Assembly (NCBI GenBank): GCA_963844845.1
Contig: CAWJPW010000005.1
Span: 181,661-245,660, forward strand
Reading direction: 5' to 3'
Source of the DNA: an uncultured Acidobacteriota bacterium
Lineage (GTDB): Bacteria; Acidobacteriota; Thermoanaerobaculia; Thermoanaerobaculales; Sulfomarinibacteraceae
DNA length: 64,000 nucleotides
This document shows positions 24,797 through 34,562 of this stretch, in pieces. The notes beneath the pieces are model-generated. The model was not told where the DNA came from. It ran no database searches and worked only from the letters and a program-made list of their open reading frames with translations. The position numbers and the translations under genes were made by a program. Each line of letters begins with the position of its first letter. Position 1 is the first letter of the stretch.

Positions 24797-26152
24797 CTAT
24801 TTCTCCGGCTCTCCGAGGTAACCCAGCAGCAACGCCTTCTTCTCGTTCATCAGCTCGACGGTCCGCGCCTCCAGCACCAGACGCAGGAGCGGCTCGGTGT
24901 TCGACGGCCGCACGTTGAACCACCAGTCTCGGTACTGCACAGTGATGCCGTCGAGGTGATCCACCTCGCCGTCGCCGAAGACGTCGCCAAGGCGGCGGAT
25001 CATGCCGTCCTTGTCGTCCACGTGAAAGTTGATCTCACCGGTGGCGTGATAGCGGTGGAGCGGAGCCACGAGCTCCGACAAAGGCAGACCGGTCTCACGC
25101 AGATGGTTGAGTAGCTCCACCACGGTGAGCAGCGAGGAGTCGGCGGTGTAGTTGCTGCGGTAGTAGAAATGCCCGGCCAGCTCGCCGCCGAAGGGCGAGC
25201 CCAGCTCGCGCATGGTGGCCTTCATGAAGGAGTGCCCGACCCTCTCGCGCACCGGTCGGCCACCGGCCTCTGCGATCGCCTCCTTGGTGGCCCAGGACGA
25301 GCGCAGGTCGTAGACGATGGCAGCGCCCGGCTCCTCTCTCAGGAATCGCGGCGCCAAAAGCCCGGTGATCATGTCGGCCGAAATGGCGCGGCCCCGCTCG
25401 TCGATGAACATGGCCCGGTCGGCGTCACCGTCGAACGCAACACCCAGGTCGCAACTCTGCTCGCGCACCAGCCGCTCCACGTCGACGAGGTTCTCGGCCT
25501 TGAGCGGATTGGCTTCGTGGTTCGGGAAGCTCCCGTCGAGCTCGAAGTAGAGGGGGAGGACCTCCACGCCGAGTTGCTCGAGGACGGGAAGGTAGAGAGT
25601 CGCCATGCCGTTGGCGGCGTCGGCGGCGACGCGTAGGCGTGGCTCGCGGGCGACGAGATGCGACAGCACGTGCTCGGTGTACGCGGAAAACACCTCCCGC
25701 CGCTCCTCGCCGGCGAGGGGCTCGAGGTCCATGGCGACGCTGCTGCCTTCGACCAGCTTCTCCAGGCGTGCGATTCCCGTGTCCCACGAAACCGGGATCG
25801 CGTCCCGGCGGGACATCTTGAAGCCGTTGTACACGGCAGGGTTGTGGCTGGCCGTGACCTGGATCCCGCCGGACGCTCTGAAGTAACCGGTGGCGAAGTA
25901 GTTCTGGGGCGTGTCGGCGAGACCGATGTCGATCACCGCCAATCCCCGGGCCCGCAGGCCGCGCTTCAAAGCCGCTGCCAACGGCTCCGAGTGGGAGCGC
26001 ATGTCGCGGGACACCACCACCACCGGCCCCCGGGCGACGTCAGCCTCGTCCAAGAGATCCTGGTAGTGGTAGCCGACCCTGAACGCCGTCCTCTCGTCGA
26101 GCTGCTCCGGGTAGGTTCCACGGATGTCGTACGCTTTGAAGATGCCTGCCAT
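24797..26152 (-). CDS. Phosphomannomutase/phosphoglucomutase (alpha-D-phosphohexomutase)
   Basis: ATG at 26152 with a GGAGGA SD. Active-site TASHNP, metal-binding FDGDADR, and N-terminal FKAYDIRG. Confidence 0.9.
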   Translation of the reverse strand: MAGIFKAYDIRGTYPEQLDERTAFRVGYHYQDLLDEADVARGPVVVVSRDMRSHSEPLAAALKRGLRARGLAVIDIGLADTPQNYFATGYFRASGGIQVTASHNPAVYNGFKMSRRDAIPVSWDTGIARLEKLVEGSSVAMDLEPLAGEERREVFSAYTEHVLSHLVAREPRLRVAADAANGMATLYLPVLEQLGVEVLPLYFELDGSFPNHEANPLKAENLVDVERLVREQSCDLGVAFDGDADRAMFIDERGRAISADMITGLLAPRFLREEPGAAIVYDLRSSWATKEAIAEAGGRPVRERVGHSFMKATMRELGSPFGGELAGHFYYRSNYTADSSLLTVVELLNHLRETGLPLSELVAPLHRYHATGEINFHVDDKDGMIRRLGDVFGDGEVDHLDGITVQYRDWWFNVRPSNTEPLLRLVLEARTVELMNEKKALLLGYLGEPEK

Positions 26153-26172
26153 TCGTCCTCCGGAGCGCGGTC

Positions 26173-28308
26173 CTACTTGCTGTCGTCCGCATTTTTGAAC
26201 ACCTGGTTCCGGGCGAACTGCTCCACGTTCCAGGGCGGAGCCCCTCCCCCGAGCCACTGATGGAACCAGTCGAGGTGCTCAAGATAGTAGAAACACATCT
26301 CGTACCAGCTGGGCCAGTGCCCGGACCCGGGGTAGACGACCAGCCGCGAGGGCACCTTCATCTTCTGCAGATCGGTGAAGAACATCAGGCTCTGGGTGTA
26401 GGGCACTCTGAAGTCCTGCTCGCCGGTGATCACCATGGTGGGCATCTTGAAGTTCAGCACGTAGGACGAAGGTGAGGAGCTCTGATAGAGCTCCGCCTGC
26501 TCCCAGGGCGTACCGCACAGGTCGTGCTCGGGAAACCAGAGCTCTTCCGTTGCCGAGTACATGGCGCGGAGGTCGTACACCCCCATCATCGAGGCGATGG
26601 CTTTGAAGCGATCGGTGTGTCCCTCGAACCACATCATCATGTACCCGCCGTAGGACCACCCCATGGCTCCCATGCGCTGGGAGTCCACGTAGGGCAGGGC
26701 GGCCACGGCGTCGGTGACCTTCATGAGGTCCCCGTAGACTCTGCCGCCCCAATCGCAGCTGATGGCGTCGATGAAGTCCTGACCGAAGCCATTCGACCCG
26801 GTCGGGTTGGCGAATGCCACGACGTAACCCTTGCCGGGGTAGACCTGCCAGTCGCCGCGGTAGGCGTCCGTCCACGCCTGCTGCGGCCCGCCATGGACGT
26901 TGAGGATCAGCGGGTAACGCTTCGCCGGGTCGAAGTCGTGCGGTTTGACGATGAAGACCTGAACCTTGTACTCCCCGGCCCCCTGCACCCAGAGCTGCTC
27001 GGCGGGACGGACGTCCACCTGATCCAGGAGGTCGGCGTTGAACGAGGTCAGTGCCCGGCGGCCGGAGCCGTCCAGAGTGCCGCGGATGATCTCCGGCGGC
27101 GCACCGACCCTGCGGGTGGAGTAGACGAACGCTCGCCCGTCGGGAGCCAGCTCCCAGCCGCCGATGGTGCCGTCGGCGAGGACCTGGAGGATGGTCTTGC
27201 CCTCGAGGTCGGTGCGGAACAGCGGCGTGCGGCCGCGGACGTCTGCCGCGAAGTAGAGGGTTCTGCTGTCGGGGCTCCAGCGAATCGACTCGGTCCAGTC
27301 GTCGAAGCCGTCGCGACCCGTGAGGTAGCGGACTGTCCCGTCCTCACGGCCGTAGAGCGCCAGGCGGAAGAGGTCGGACTCATAGCCGGGAGTGGCCTGG
27401 CTGCGAAATGCTATGAAGCGCCCGTCCGGCGAGTACACGGGACTGCCGTCCCAGCCGTGATTTGCTGCGGTGAGGTTGTGAGGGGCCGTCGCGGCCGCGT
27501 CGCCACCCACGGCCACCGTCCAGAGGTCCGAGTTTGTCGAGCTCGCCGGATCCGCATCGTGATTGGAGACGTAGCACAGCTCGCCGCCGTCAGGGGAGAA
27601 GGCATAGCCAACTTCGCCGCCCAGCGAGAAGGTCGGGCTGTCCCAGCGGCCGGGCGTGAGGTCCCGTGTCACCTCGCCGGAGTCGGCGGCCACAAGGAGA
27701 ACATGGCTGTACGTCCCGTCCCGCCACTGGGTCCAGTGCCGGTAGAGCAGCCCGTCCGCGGTGTGCACGTGAAGAGGCCCGGCGTCCCTGGACTCGAGAA
27801 GAGTCCGATTGCATTCGGCGTCGGCGCCGCACTCCGGGTAGACCTTGGATGACACGGCAATGACGCTGCCGTCGGGCGACCACACAGGGTCACTCGCTCC
27901 CATAGGGAAGTCGCTGAGCTGGCGCGCCTCGCCGCCGTCCACCGCCATCACGTACAGCTGAGTCGTGTCCCCGCCGCGGTCCGAGACGAAGACGAGCTTG
28001 GTTCCATCCGGAGAGAAGGCGGGCGCGCCGTCGTGATGACGGCCGAAGGTCAGCTGACGCAGCCCGCTCCCGTCTGCGGCCATCATCCAGATCTCCGACC
28101 AGCTCTCGCCCTTCTCCAACTCGTAGCGCCTGACGGTGAACGCCACCTTTCCCGTGGCTGGGGCGACAACCGGAGCGCCGACGAATGCGGTCCGGTAGTA
28201 GTCGCTGATCTCGAAGGCCCGCTTCGGAGCGGTGGTCTGATCGGTCGCGGCTGAGGCGCCCGCTGCCACCAGCAGGGCCAGACCGAAGGTCGCGATTCGC
28301 GCGTGCAT
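26173..28308 (-). CDS. S9-family serine peptidase with N-terminal beta-propeller (acylaminoacyl/dipeptidyl peptidase-like), secreted
   Basis: ATG at 28308 with an AAGGAGGA SD. Signal peptide present. TolB-like repeats (PAFSPDG, PVWSPDG, AFSPDG, PVYSPDG, IRWSPDS). Nucleophile elbow GWSYGG. Confidence 0.88.
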   Translation of the reverse strand: MHARIATFGLALLVAAGASAATDQTTAPKRAFEISDYYRTAFVGAPVVAPATGKVAFTVRRYELEKGESWSEIWMMAADGSGLRQLTFGRHHDGAPAFSPDGTKLVFVSDRGGDTTQLYVMAVDGGEARQLSDFPMGASDPVWSPDGSVIAVSSKVYPECGADAECNRTLLESRDAGPLHVHTADGLLYRHWTQWRDGTYSHVLLVAADSGEVTRDLTPGRWDSPTFSLGGEVGYAFSPDGGELCYVSNHDADPASSTNSDLWTVAVGGDAAATAPHNLTAANHGWDGSPVYSPDGRFIAFRSQATPGYESDLFRLALYGREDGTVRYLTGRDGFDDWTESIRWSPDSRTLYFAADVRGRTPLFRTDLEGKTILQVLADGTIGGWELAPDGRAFVYSTRRVGAPPEIIRGTLDGSGRRALTSFNADLLDQVDVRPAEQLWVQGAGEYKVQVFIVKPHDFDPAKRYPLILNVHGGPQQAWTDAYRGDWQVYPGKGYVVAFANPTGSNGFGQDFIDAISCDWGGRVYGDLMKVTDAVAALPYVDSQRMGAMGWSYGGYMMMWFEGHTDRFKAIASMMGVYDLRAMYSATEELWFPEHDLCGTPWEQAELYQSSSPSSYVLNFKMPTMVITGEQDFRVPYTQSLMFFTDLQKMKVPSRLVVYPGSGHWPSWYEMCFYYLEHLDWFHQWLGGGAPPWNVEQFARNQVFKNADDSK

Positions 28309-28365
28309 CCCGTCCTCCTTGGTGCGTCGCTCGAGACGCGCCATGATAGCAAGGCAGGTCGAAGC

Positions 28366-29421
28366 CTACTCCAGCACCACGCCCACCTCGGCCAGCGCGC
28401 GGCTGGGCTCGAGGCCCAGCGTCGCCGGGGTCTGATAACCCACTGGGGCGCCGCCGCCCAGGAGCCGAGCGGCGCCCATGGCGACGATCTCGGCGGTGAG
28501 TCCGTAGGGATCGGCGCCCGTGGCCACTGCCCGGAAACCGTCAGCATCTGCCACCAGCGTGAAGCGGCTGGTACGTCGGTCCTGCTCGCTGGGCCCCTTG
28601 CCCTTCGCCGGGAGAAACGGCCTTGCCGCCAACCGCGCGAGGGGCCTCATGACCGCTCCCGCGGGGCCTACGAACCGTAGTGCCGCTGCGGTGGCGGCAG
28701 GCATCCTCACCAAGCTGAAGGCCGTGTCCACTGTGCCGCGCCGGCTGAGGAATATCGGTTCCCCGAAGGGCATCCAGGCGCAGGTACGGCCGCCGAAGGG
28801 AAACACGACCCGCCGCCGCAACGACCCGGTTCTCCGCTCCAGCAACCGCCCGCCCTCGAGGCTGTGACCGCGAACGCCCAGCATGCCCAGGATCGAGAGC
28901 GCTGTACCGCGGCTCACGTGCCCAGCCGTGAAGCTGTAGGCAACCGTCACATTGCTGAAGTGCTCCGCGCCGGACCGGTCCATGGCCACCGCAGCGATCC
29001 AGTCGCCCACGGCGAACTCCATTGCCATCGCGCTCACGGCGGTGCAGCCCGCCATCGTCGCAGGGCCGTCAAGCTCTCGCGCGATCCGGAGAATGAAGGG
29101 CTGCTCCCCGGTTGTGTCGAGGTAGTGCACCCCCGCGCTCACTGCAGCCTCGGCCACTGTCCAGCCGTTCCTGAGGAACGGTCCGGCGCAGCTCACCAGC
29201 ACGCGTGTGCCGCCGCCAACCACCAAAGACAGGGACTGTCGCCGACGCGCATCGGCCACCAGCACGTCCTCGGCGCCCAGCTCATCCGCCAGTCGCAGCA
29301 ACCGCGCGCGATTTCGTCCGGCCACTGCGAAGGGTAGGCCCCGGCGGGCGAGCGCACGGCACACCAAGCGGCCGGTGTAGCCGGTGGCGGCAAACACCGT
29401 GATGCGATCCCCCACGCCCAC
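28366..29421 (-). CDS. Saccharopine dehydrogenase-like NAD(P)-binding oxidoreductase
   Basis: Rossmann motif VFAATGYTGRL, plus VSCAGPF and HYLDTTGE. The start is GTG 29421 or GTG 29415. Confidence 0.7.
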   Translation of the reverse strand: MGVGDRITVFAATGYTGRLVCRALARRGLPFAVAGRNRARLLRLADELGAEDVLVADARRRQSLSLVVGGGTRVLVSCAGPFLRNGWTVAEAAVSAGVHYLDTTGEQPFILRIARELDGPATMAGCTAVSAMAMEFAVGDWIAAVAMDRSGAEHFSNVTVAYSFTAGHVSRGTALSILGMLGVRGHSLEGGRLLERRTGSLRRRVVFPFGGRTCAWMPFGEPIFLSRRGTVDTAFSLVRMPAATAAALRFVGPAGAVMRPLARLAARPFLPAKGKGPSEQDRRTSRFTLVADADGFRAVATGADPYGLTAEIVAMGAARLLGGGAPVGYQTPATLGLEPSRALAEVGVVLE

Positions 29422-29480
29422 CTCCCGATCTCGTGCTCGGCCAGTCTACCGCGAAGCGAAGCAATGGTGGGCGGCTGGGC

Positions 29481-29486
29481 TAGACT
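29481..29486 (+). promoter_or_regulatory. -10 box TAGACT 6 nt before the ATG start (leaderless-type promoter)
   Basis: TAGACT-cggatc-ATG(29493), with no SD. Confidence 0.45.
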
Positions 29487-29492
29487 CGGATC

Positions 29493-30161
29493 ATGTGCGG
29501 CCGTTACACCCTGACGCTCAGCGGCCAGGCGCTCGCCGAGGCCTTCGAGCTCGATGACGTGCCCGCGGCGACGCCTCGCTACAACGTCGCACCCACCCAG
29601 AGCATGCCGGTCATCCGGGGCGGGGAAGCGGGCCGCCGCACGTGTGCGCTGCACCGTTGGGGACTGGTGCCCTTCTGGGCCGACGACCCCGCGATCGGAA
29701 ACCGGCTCATCAACGCGCGCTCGGAGAGCGTCGCCGGCAAGCCGGCATTCCGCGCTGCGTTCCGGCATCGCCGCTGCCTGGTGCCGGCAGACGGCTTCTA
29801 CGAGTGGCGCAGGGAAGGCGGCGGCAAACAGCCGTACCTGATCCGCTTCGGCGACGGCAGGCTGTTCGCGTTCGCCGGGCTCTGGGAGCACTGGTCGCCC
29901 TCGGACGGCCAAGTGCTGGATAGCTTCACGATCCTCACGACGTCGCCTAACGATGTGGTGAGGCCCGTACACGACCGCATGCCAGTGATTCTCCCGCCCC
30001 AGCACTACGACCGCTGGCTCGGCTTCACCGAGGCCAGCGCAAGCGAGCTTCAGGCCCTCCTCTGCCCGCACCCGTCCGAGGGCATGGAGCTCCATCCGGT
30101 AAGCAGGCGGGTGAACTCGCCAGCCAACGATGATCCGCAGGTCGTCGAGCCTTCCCCGTAG
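29493..30161 (+). CDS. SOS response-associated peptidase (SRAP/YedK/HMCES family, abasic-site sensor)
   Basis: N-terminal MCGRY with catalytic Cys2. Also RYNVAPTQ, INARSE, DGFYEW and MPVIL motifs. Confidence 0.9.
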   Translation: MCGRYTLTLSGQALAEAFELDDVPAATPRYNVAPTQSMPVIRGGEAGRRTCALHRWGLVPFWADDPAIGNRLINARSESVAGKPAFRAAFRHRRCLVPADGFYEWRREGGGKQPYLIRFGDGRLFAFAGLWEHWSPSDGQVLDSFTILTTSPNDVVRPVHDRMPVILPPQHYDRWLGFTEASASELQALLCPHPSEGMELHPVSRRVNSPANDDPQVVEPSP

Positions 30162-30387
30162 TCTCTCGACGACCTAGTGGGTCTACCGCTCGACTACCGC
30201 CGGAGCACGCCGACCGCTTCGCGGCCACCCCGGCCACGCCCCGGCGGCGCGACTCAGGCAGGCGACTTGGCGCTGAGGGCCCGGGGCGGCCGTGATGCCG
30301 CGCGCCAGCGCCCGTCGTCGCCGCCCTCGCGAACGCGCCGACGGGCGGCGGCACAGCCGCCGCCCGGGAGCCGGTCTCAGGGAGAGC

Positions 30388-30393
30388 TATACT
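30388..30393 (+). promoter_or_regulatory. -10-like TATACT box upstream of the AIM24-family gene
   Basis: TATACT lies 67 nt upstream of ATG 30461. A CCGGTGCGC...GCGCACCGG hairpin sits in the putative leader. Confidence 0.3.
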
Positions 30394-30460
30394 CCCAGGC
30401 ATCAATTCAACCGGTGCGCGCCCCTGCCATCGTAGAGGCGCACCGGCTGCGGGAGGCTTC

Positions 30461-31489
30461 ATGACTGACGCAAAGATGTGGTACGTGGCCGTGGGCGGAG
30501 AGAGCATCGGGCCCATGGGCAAGGAGGACCTTCTCCAGCAGCTGAAGGCGGGCCGTTACAATGCCCAGACGCTGGTCTTCACCCAGGGAATGTCGGGTTG
30601 GACGCCGGCCGGGCAGGTCGCCGAGCTGCAGGGAGGCGCCGTCGAGGCGCAGGTGCCGCCGGCGCCGATGTCGGCGGGTGCGGCTCGCCGCGCGCACGAG
30701 GTCGACTTCGAGGTCTTCGGTGAGGAGATGCAGTTCGTCGAGGTGGAGCTGGATCCCGGCGAGACCGCGGTGGCCGAGGCCGGGGCCATGATGTACATGT
30801 CCCAGGGTATCGAGATGCAGACGATCTTCGGCGACGGGAGCGGGCAGGGCGGAGGCGGCATCATGGGCGCGCTTATGTCCGCCGGAAAGCGTGTCCTGAC
30901 CGGTGAGAGCCTTTTCATGACCGCGTTCACCAACAACGGCCAGGGCAAGCAGCACGTGGCCTTCGCCGCCCCCTACCCGGGCAAGATCATCCCCATGGAC
31001 CTGCAAACTATGGGCGGCCGCCTCGTGTGCCAGAAGGACGCCCTGCTGTGCGCCGCCAAGGGCGTCGCCATCGGCATCGCCTTCCAGAAGCGCATCGGTG
31101 TGGGCCTGTTCGGCGGCGAGGGATTCATCATGCAGAAGCTCGAGGGCGACGGCATGGCCTTCGTCCACGCCGGCGGCACCATCGTGTCGCGTCAGCTCCA
31201 GCCGGGCCAGTCTCTGAAGGTCGACACTGGCTGCATCGTCGCGCTGGAAGCCACCGTCGACTACGACATCCAGTTCGTGGGCGGCGTCAAGTCGGCGATC
31301 TTCGGCGGCGAGGGCTTCTTCTTCGCCCAACTCACCGGACCCGGCAGGGTGTGGCTGCAGTCACTCCCCTTCAGCCGGCTTGCCGGCCGGATCTGGCAGT
31401 CGGCGCCCCAGGCCGGCGGCAAGGACCGTGGCGAAGGTTCCATCCTCGGCAAGATGGGGGGCATCGGCGGCTTTTTCGACGGCGACTAG
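30461..31489 (+). CDS. GYF_2 (DUF4339) domain fused to an AIM24/TIGR00266-family protein
   Basis: [26 protein letters not shown]...[11 protein letters not shown] forms the GYF_2 part. The AIM24-like body follows ([56 protein letters not shown]). Confidence 0.8.
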   Translation: MTDAKMWYVAVGGESIGPMGKEDLLQQLKAGRYNAQTLVFTQGMSGWTPAGQVAELQGGAVEAQVPPAPMSAGAARRAHEVDFEVFGEEMQFVEVELDPGETAVAEAGAMMYMSQGIEMQTIFGDGSGQGGGGIMGALMSAGKRVLTGESLFMTAFTNNGQGKQHVAFAAPYPGKIIPMDLQTMGGRLVCQKDALLCAAKGVAIGIAFQKRIGVGLFGGEGFIMQKLEGDGMAFVHAGGTIVSRQLQPGQSLKVDTGCIVALEATVDYDIQFVGGVKSAIFGGEGFFFAQLTGPGRVWLQSLPFSRLAGRIWQSAPQAGGKDRGEGSILGKMGGIGGFFDGD

Positions 31490-31573
31490 AGTTCGTCGCG
31501 AGCCCGCGAGAATGCCAGTCAGGGTGGCGATTCGACCGAGGTGTCGCCGAGACGTGCTTGCGGCACGTCGCAG

Positions 31574-31598
31574 GCGGCGCCAAAGGGAGAGGCGCCGC
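31574..31598 (+). terminator. Hairpin GCGGCGCC-N9-GGCGCCGC followed by GCGTTTCTG
   Basis: 8-bp stem read directly, located between convergent genes. The T-tract is weak. Confidence 0.3.
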
Positions 31599-31648
31599 TG
31601 CGGCTGGCGTTTCTGCGGTCGCGGCAGACAACTGCTGAGATATGCAGG

Positions 31649-34525
31649 CTAGTCGGGGTCTCCGTCGCCTTCGCTGCGCGAGGCCGCAAGAGACTCTGCA
31701 GCGAAACGGGACAGGGCGTTGAAATAGGGCTCGATGCTGGGGATATAGTGGCGCTCGTCGCGGGCGTGGGGTCCGATGCCGCTCTGCCCCCACACCACTG
31801 CGTTGCCGCCCGGCGCGAAGCGCGCTGAGGTACCGGCCAGCTTGCGTCCGACCCGGGCCGGTGCTCGCGATTCCGCCGCCACCGCCTGCAGCAGGCGTCC
31901 GAGGTGAGGGTTCTCCGCCGGGCATGCGACACCGCCCTCGCTCACCTCGACCTCCAGGTCGAGAGCAAGGTCGTGGCAGAGCGCCCGTGCCCCACCCATG
32001 AGCCCGATGAGATCGTCGTCGGGGATCGGGCGCACCTCGGCGCCCAGCACCGCCTGGGCCGCGGTGATGTTGTACACGCCCGCCTCGCCCGCGTTGAGAA
32101 ACGGGAAACGAGCTGCGCTCTCCCAGCCGTCGAAGCTGGAGATGGTGAGGTGGCGCGAAAACAGACGCATGAGACCGTCACGAGCCTCCAGGAGACGATC
32201 CAGGAGGCCCTGCGGTGGTCCGCCGGTGCCCGTGTGGCGTCGCTGCCCGTGGGCCACGACGCGGAAGCGCACCACGCCCCGGTTGGCGGTGCAGACCTCC
32301 CCCATCGTCTCGTCACCGCGTTCGCCGGTGCGTTCCCCCACGATCATGAGCTCGGGCAGCCAGCCGTCCACGTCGACCAGGTCCGCGAGCACGTGAGGGG
32401 TTCCGAACGGCTCCTGCTCGCCATTCTCCTCGTTGCCCACCAGCAGGAGGGAGACCGGCGGCCACGGCGGACCGGCGGCGAGGGCACGGCGCATCCACAC
32501 CATGAAGGTGGCAACCACGGTCTTCATATCCGCGGCACCGCGCCCCCACAGGTAGTCACCCTCCACGTGGGGCTCGAACTGCGAGTCGTCAGGCTCCGGG
32601 CGGACGACGTCGAAATGGCCGGAGAGCACCACCCGCCCACGTCTGGCGCCGGGGAAGGAGGCAAGCACCGAGGGGTAGCGGCCGCCGTCGAAGAGGCGCA
32701 CGCGGGCCCCTGCGTCGCTGAGCCACCCCGCCACCACCCGACCGCACCGACCGACCTCTTCGGTCCTCTCGTCGGGGCAGTTGGTCACTGACGGGATCCG
32801 CACCAGCTCCGCCGCCAGCTCGAGAACCTCACCCAAGACACCCTCGGCCGATGCGATGAGAGGCGTGGCCGGCCGCTCGAGCCGCACCGGGAGGGCGACA
32901 TGGGTGCGGCCCTGCTCCCGCAGCCCCTGCATGAGGCCTGCGAGCTTCGCACTCTCGCCTCCCGGCACCGCTCGCGCGGCGATGTCGGACGCCTCGGCCG
33001 CCACTCGCCGGTTGCGCTCGGCGATCCACTCCAGCACCAGCTCGCGCGGCACCACCAGTGCGCCCGACGACGCGTGGCGGGGTCCGTGCAGCCGCGCCTG
33101 GAGCCAGCCGCGCAGCTCTGACGCGGGGCTCGGGCCACCTCCGGCCATGGCTCCCAGGGGCTCGAGGCTGTCCGCGTAGCCCAGGGCCTCGGCCAGGGGC
33201 CTCAGCTCGGTCAGGGTGGCGCCGAGCCACTCCCTCACCCCCACCCGTTCGCCGGTGAACGGATGCTCCACCTCCGCGGCGAGCCCCAGTCGCGCCGCAG
33301 CGGCCTCGTTACGCCGGGCGCGGGCAATATCGGCGCCGCCGTAGGCGTAGTCCGCGCCGTAGCCGGGGTCGCCGTAGATCCGGAGCATCAGGAGCTCCTT
33401 GAACGCGACCTTGGCGACCGCAAGCTCCAGCGAGTCGCCTCCCTCGTCCGTGCGCACCTCGACCCGGTTCATGGGCAGGTCGACCCGGGCACAGAGGTGC
33501 TCCACCATGAGGGCGCGCTCGGCCTCCTCCAGGCCACCCATCTCCGCGCCGGAGTAGATTCCACGGCGGTAGAGCTCCCGCAGATCGGCGCTCGTGGCGA
33601 GGATGTTCCGGTTGACGGGGTCGATGTCGGAACGTGCCCTCACCGGCGTCCAGTTGTTGCCGCCGAAGCGGACGCCGCTCCGCACCAGGTTGTAGGAGAT
33701 GCGCAGGTAGTCGTCGTGGCTTGCGTAAAGACCTGCCACGTCGAGGTTGGCGGGGTTTGGAAAGGTCAGGAGGCGCTGCGACTCCACCTCCGTGAGCACC
33801 ACCTCCGGCGCGCCGTCCACGAGCTCCCAGGTGAGGGGCGAAGCCGCAGACACCGCCGTGAACAAGGGGCAGAACGGACGCAGGAGGCGGGTTGCCCTGA
33901 TCACGGCCGCGTTGCGGTAGTGCTCCAGCGTCTGACCCTCACGCTCGCTCAGGCTGAGGTGGACGAAGTCCCACGACAGCAGCGCCTCCGGGAAGGAGTG
34001 ATTGGTGTGCACGCCCGCGGTGGCGAGCTGGCGACCGAACAGGGCCACGCAGTGCGCGAGGTAGCGCGTATGGGCGAGGTTCCAGCCTCCGGGGATGCTC
34101 TCCTCGCTCACCGCCACATCGGCGGGAATGTTGCCGTTGAGGAGGACGAGGGGCTCGCCGAAGGAGAGACTGATGTCGGCGACGGTGTTGAGCAGTGCGG
34201 CCTCGAGCAGCCGAGCCTCGGCGGCGGCGCCCCACGGGCTGTAGTACGGCCGCGTCGCCACCTCGGTCATCCAGTGGAAGACCTCGAGCTGAAAGCGGTC
34301 GCGGACGAACTCCGGCAGGCGGTCTTCGTGCAGGTAGTCAGCAAAGGAACGTCGCTCGGGCCCGTAGCCCACGAAGAGCACCGGCTCGAGCCGCTCGTCG
34401 AGGATGTTGTACTCAACCTCGAGACCTGAGGTCCCGGACTCGAACGAGGCATCCTTCGACGCATCGAGGGCCAGCCGGACCTTCTCACCGAAGCGGCGCC
34501 AGTGCGCTGGACCGGGATTCGTCAT
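31649..34525 (-). CDS. Fusion protein: glutamate-cysteine-ligase-like carboxylate-amine ligase (N-terminal about 560 aa) + M20 metallopeptidase/deacylase (C-terminal about 390 aa)
   Basis: ATG at 34525. The N-terminal part has GLEVEYNILD, ATAGVHTNHSF and RVEVRTDEGG, which are GCL-like. The C-terminal part has LVRIPSVT, LSGHFDVV, GRGAADMK and VGNEENGE, the M20 metal ligand motifs. Confidence 0.7.
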   Translation of the reverse strand: MTNPGPAHWRRFGEKVRLALDASKDASFESGTSGLEVEYNILDERLEPVLFVGYGPERRSFADYLHEDRLPEFVRDRFQLEVFHWMTEVATRPYYSPWGAAAEARLLEAALLNTVADISLSFGEPLVLLNGNIPADVAVSEESIPGGWNLAHTRYLAHCVALFGRQLATAGVHTNHSFPEALLSWDFVHLSLSEREGQTLEHYRNAAVIRATRLLRPFCPLFTAVSAASPLTWELVDGAPEVVLTEVESQRLLTFPNPANLDVAGLYASHDDYLRISYNLVRSGVRFGGNNWTPVRARSDIDPVNRNILATSADLRELYRRGIYSGAEMGGLEEAERALMVEHLCARVDLPMNRVEVRTDEGGDSLELAVAKVAFKELLMLRIYGDPGYGADYAYGGADIARARRNEAAAARLGLAAEVEHPFTGERVGVREWLGATLTELRPLAEALGYADSLEPLGAMAGGGPSPASELRGWLQARLHGPRHASSGALVVPRELVLEWIAERNRRVAAEASDIAARAVPGGESAKLAGLMQGLREQGRTHVALPVRLERPATPLIASAEGVLGEVLELAAELVRIPSVTNCPDERTEEVGRCGRVVAGWLSDAGARVRLFDGGRYPSVLASFPGARRGRVVLSGHFDVVRPEPDDSQFEPHVEGDYLWGRGAADMKTVVATFMVWMRRALAAGPPWPPVSLLLVGNEENGEQEPFGTPHVLADLVDVDGWLPELMIVGERTGERGDETMGEVCTANRGVVRFRVVAHGQRRHTGTGGPPQGLLDRLLEARDGLMRLFSRHLTISSFDGWESAARFPFLNAGEAGVYNITAAQAVLGAEVRPIPDDDLIGLMGGARALCHDLALDLEVEVSEGGVACPAENPHLGRLLQAVAAESRAPARVGRKLAGTSARFAPGGNAVVWGQSGIGPHARDERHYIPSIEPYFNALSRFAAESLAASRSEGDGDPD

Positions 34526-34562
34526 CGGCCGCCCCCCACCGGAAAGGACGTCCCCTCCGCCC

